Shown: positions 63,540 through 64,000 of the stretch, piece by piece
How the letters are laid out: each line of letters opens with the position of its first letter
How positions within the stretch are numbered: the stretch's first letter is position 1
Program-made: the position numbers and the translations under genes
Notes under the pieces: model-generated
Told to the model about the DNA's origin: nothing
The model's database searches: none
Seen by the model: the letters and a program-made list of their open reading frames with translations, nothing else
Assembly: GCA_017937845.1 (NCBI GenBank)
Contig: JAGBCV010000018.1
Span: 23,503 to 87,502 of the forward strand
Direction of reading: 5' to 3'
DNA length: 64,000 bases
Source: Clostridia bacterium
GTDB taxonomy: Bacteria > Bacillota > Clostridia > Oscillospirales > CAG-272

Positions 63540-64000
63540 TTTGTTTGCTGACATCGGTTACCGCAGCATCAATCACTACGGTGAGGAGCTTTGCGGCGAC
63601 CACGTTGACGTTATCGATCAAAACGAAGAAAACTCGACCGTCATCGTGTTGGCGGACGGTCTGGGAAGCGGCGTAAAGGCGAGTATCCTTTCTACGCTGA
63701 CTTCCAAAATTATTTCGACGATGGTTTCCGAAGGACTTTCTTTGGAAGAATGTATTTCCACGATTGCGGCAACCTTGCCCGTTTGCTCGGTTCGAGGCGT
63801 AGCGTATTCCACGTTCACCCTCATTCGACTTGTCAATAACGAATATGCGGAGATCATGGAATATGATAACCCCGCAGTCATTCTGCTCCGCGACGGACGC
63901 GGGGTGGAAATCCCGAAAAAAGAAGTCAATATCGGCGGCAAGCTCATTTACAGCTCTCGCGTCAAATTGCAGGAAAACGATATCTTCATCGCCATGTCGG
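63532..64000 (+). CDS. PP2C/SpoIIE-family serine phosphatase, truncated by the right window edge
   Basis: Absent from the track because it has no stop in the window. The ATG at 63532 overlaps the hydS stop. [54 protein letters not shown]... Confidence 0.75.
   Translation, partial: [156 protein letters not shown]

Noticed and set aside
1-64000. CRISPR arrays, tRNA/rRNA genes, transposases, integrases, and recognisable defence or toxin-antitoxin systems
   Set aside because: I scanned both strands and all intergenic regions. I found no direct-repeat/spacer arrays, no cloverleaf-like tRNA sequences (GGTTCGAATCC-type T-arms), and no DDE, tyrosine- or serine-recombinase motifs. I also found no nuclease/ATPase gene pairs typical of defence islands.

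Overview
The window is a roughly 50% GC chromosomal segment. The gene set and expression signals point to an anaerobic spore-forming Firmicute of the Clostridia: YlmC/YmxH, NfnAB, a HydS-type sensory [FeFe]-hydrogenase, GGAGG ribosome-binding sites and TTGACA-17-TATAAT promoters. Most of it is ordinary core genome. It carries a split ilvB-ilvN-ilvC / ilvD-DUF815-ilvA cluster, tsf-rpsB, valS, nfnAB, metNIQ, a heterodimeric ABC exporter pair, four glycosidase-like genes, two giant InlB-B-repeat surface proteins, and several small membrane proteins and regulators. I saw no rRNA, tRNA, CRISPR array, transposase, integrase or recognisable defence system. Many of the long ORFs in the track are antisense shadows of real genes. 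Two real genes run off the window edges and are missing from the track: a glycosidase at 1..1724 (-) and a PP2C phosphatase at 63532..64000 (+). The most interesting signals are non-coding or very small. (1) An unlisted 32-codon ORF with 10 Met and 2 Cys codons (MFERKSVMMMDMMMCMAVMCMSFHAHNDEISA) sits between a consensus promoter and an intrinsic terminator just upstream of metNIQ. An alternative helix pairs the ORF's stop-codon region with the terminator's 5' arm. This looks like a ribosome-mediated methionine attenuator in place of the usual S-box or T-box. (2) A ~100-nt structured element occurs twice, in the rpsB and metN leaders, and its features favour an antisense-strand RNA. (3) A 530-bp GC-rich spacer splits the ilv cluster and contains a compact four-helix RNA-like fold. 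(4) An ECF sigma factor is fused in frame to its zf-HC2 anti-sigma domain but keeps an internal RBS and ATG. (5) Two copies of a TGA(A/G)AC-N16-CGACTATA ECF-type promoter motif are present. (6) An in-frame TAG replaces the invariant Trp of a B-repeat and cuts the membrane anchor off a 1074-aa surface protein. All functional names come from motif recognition by eye; no database search was run.
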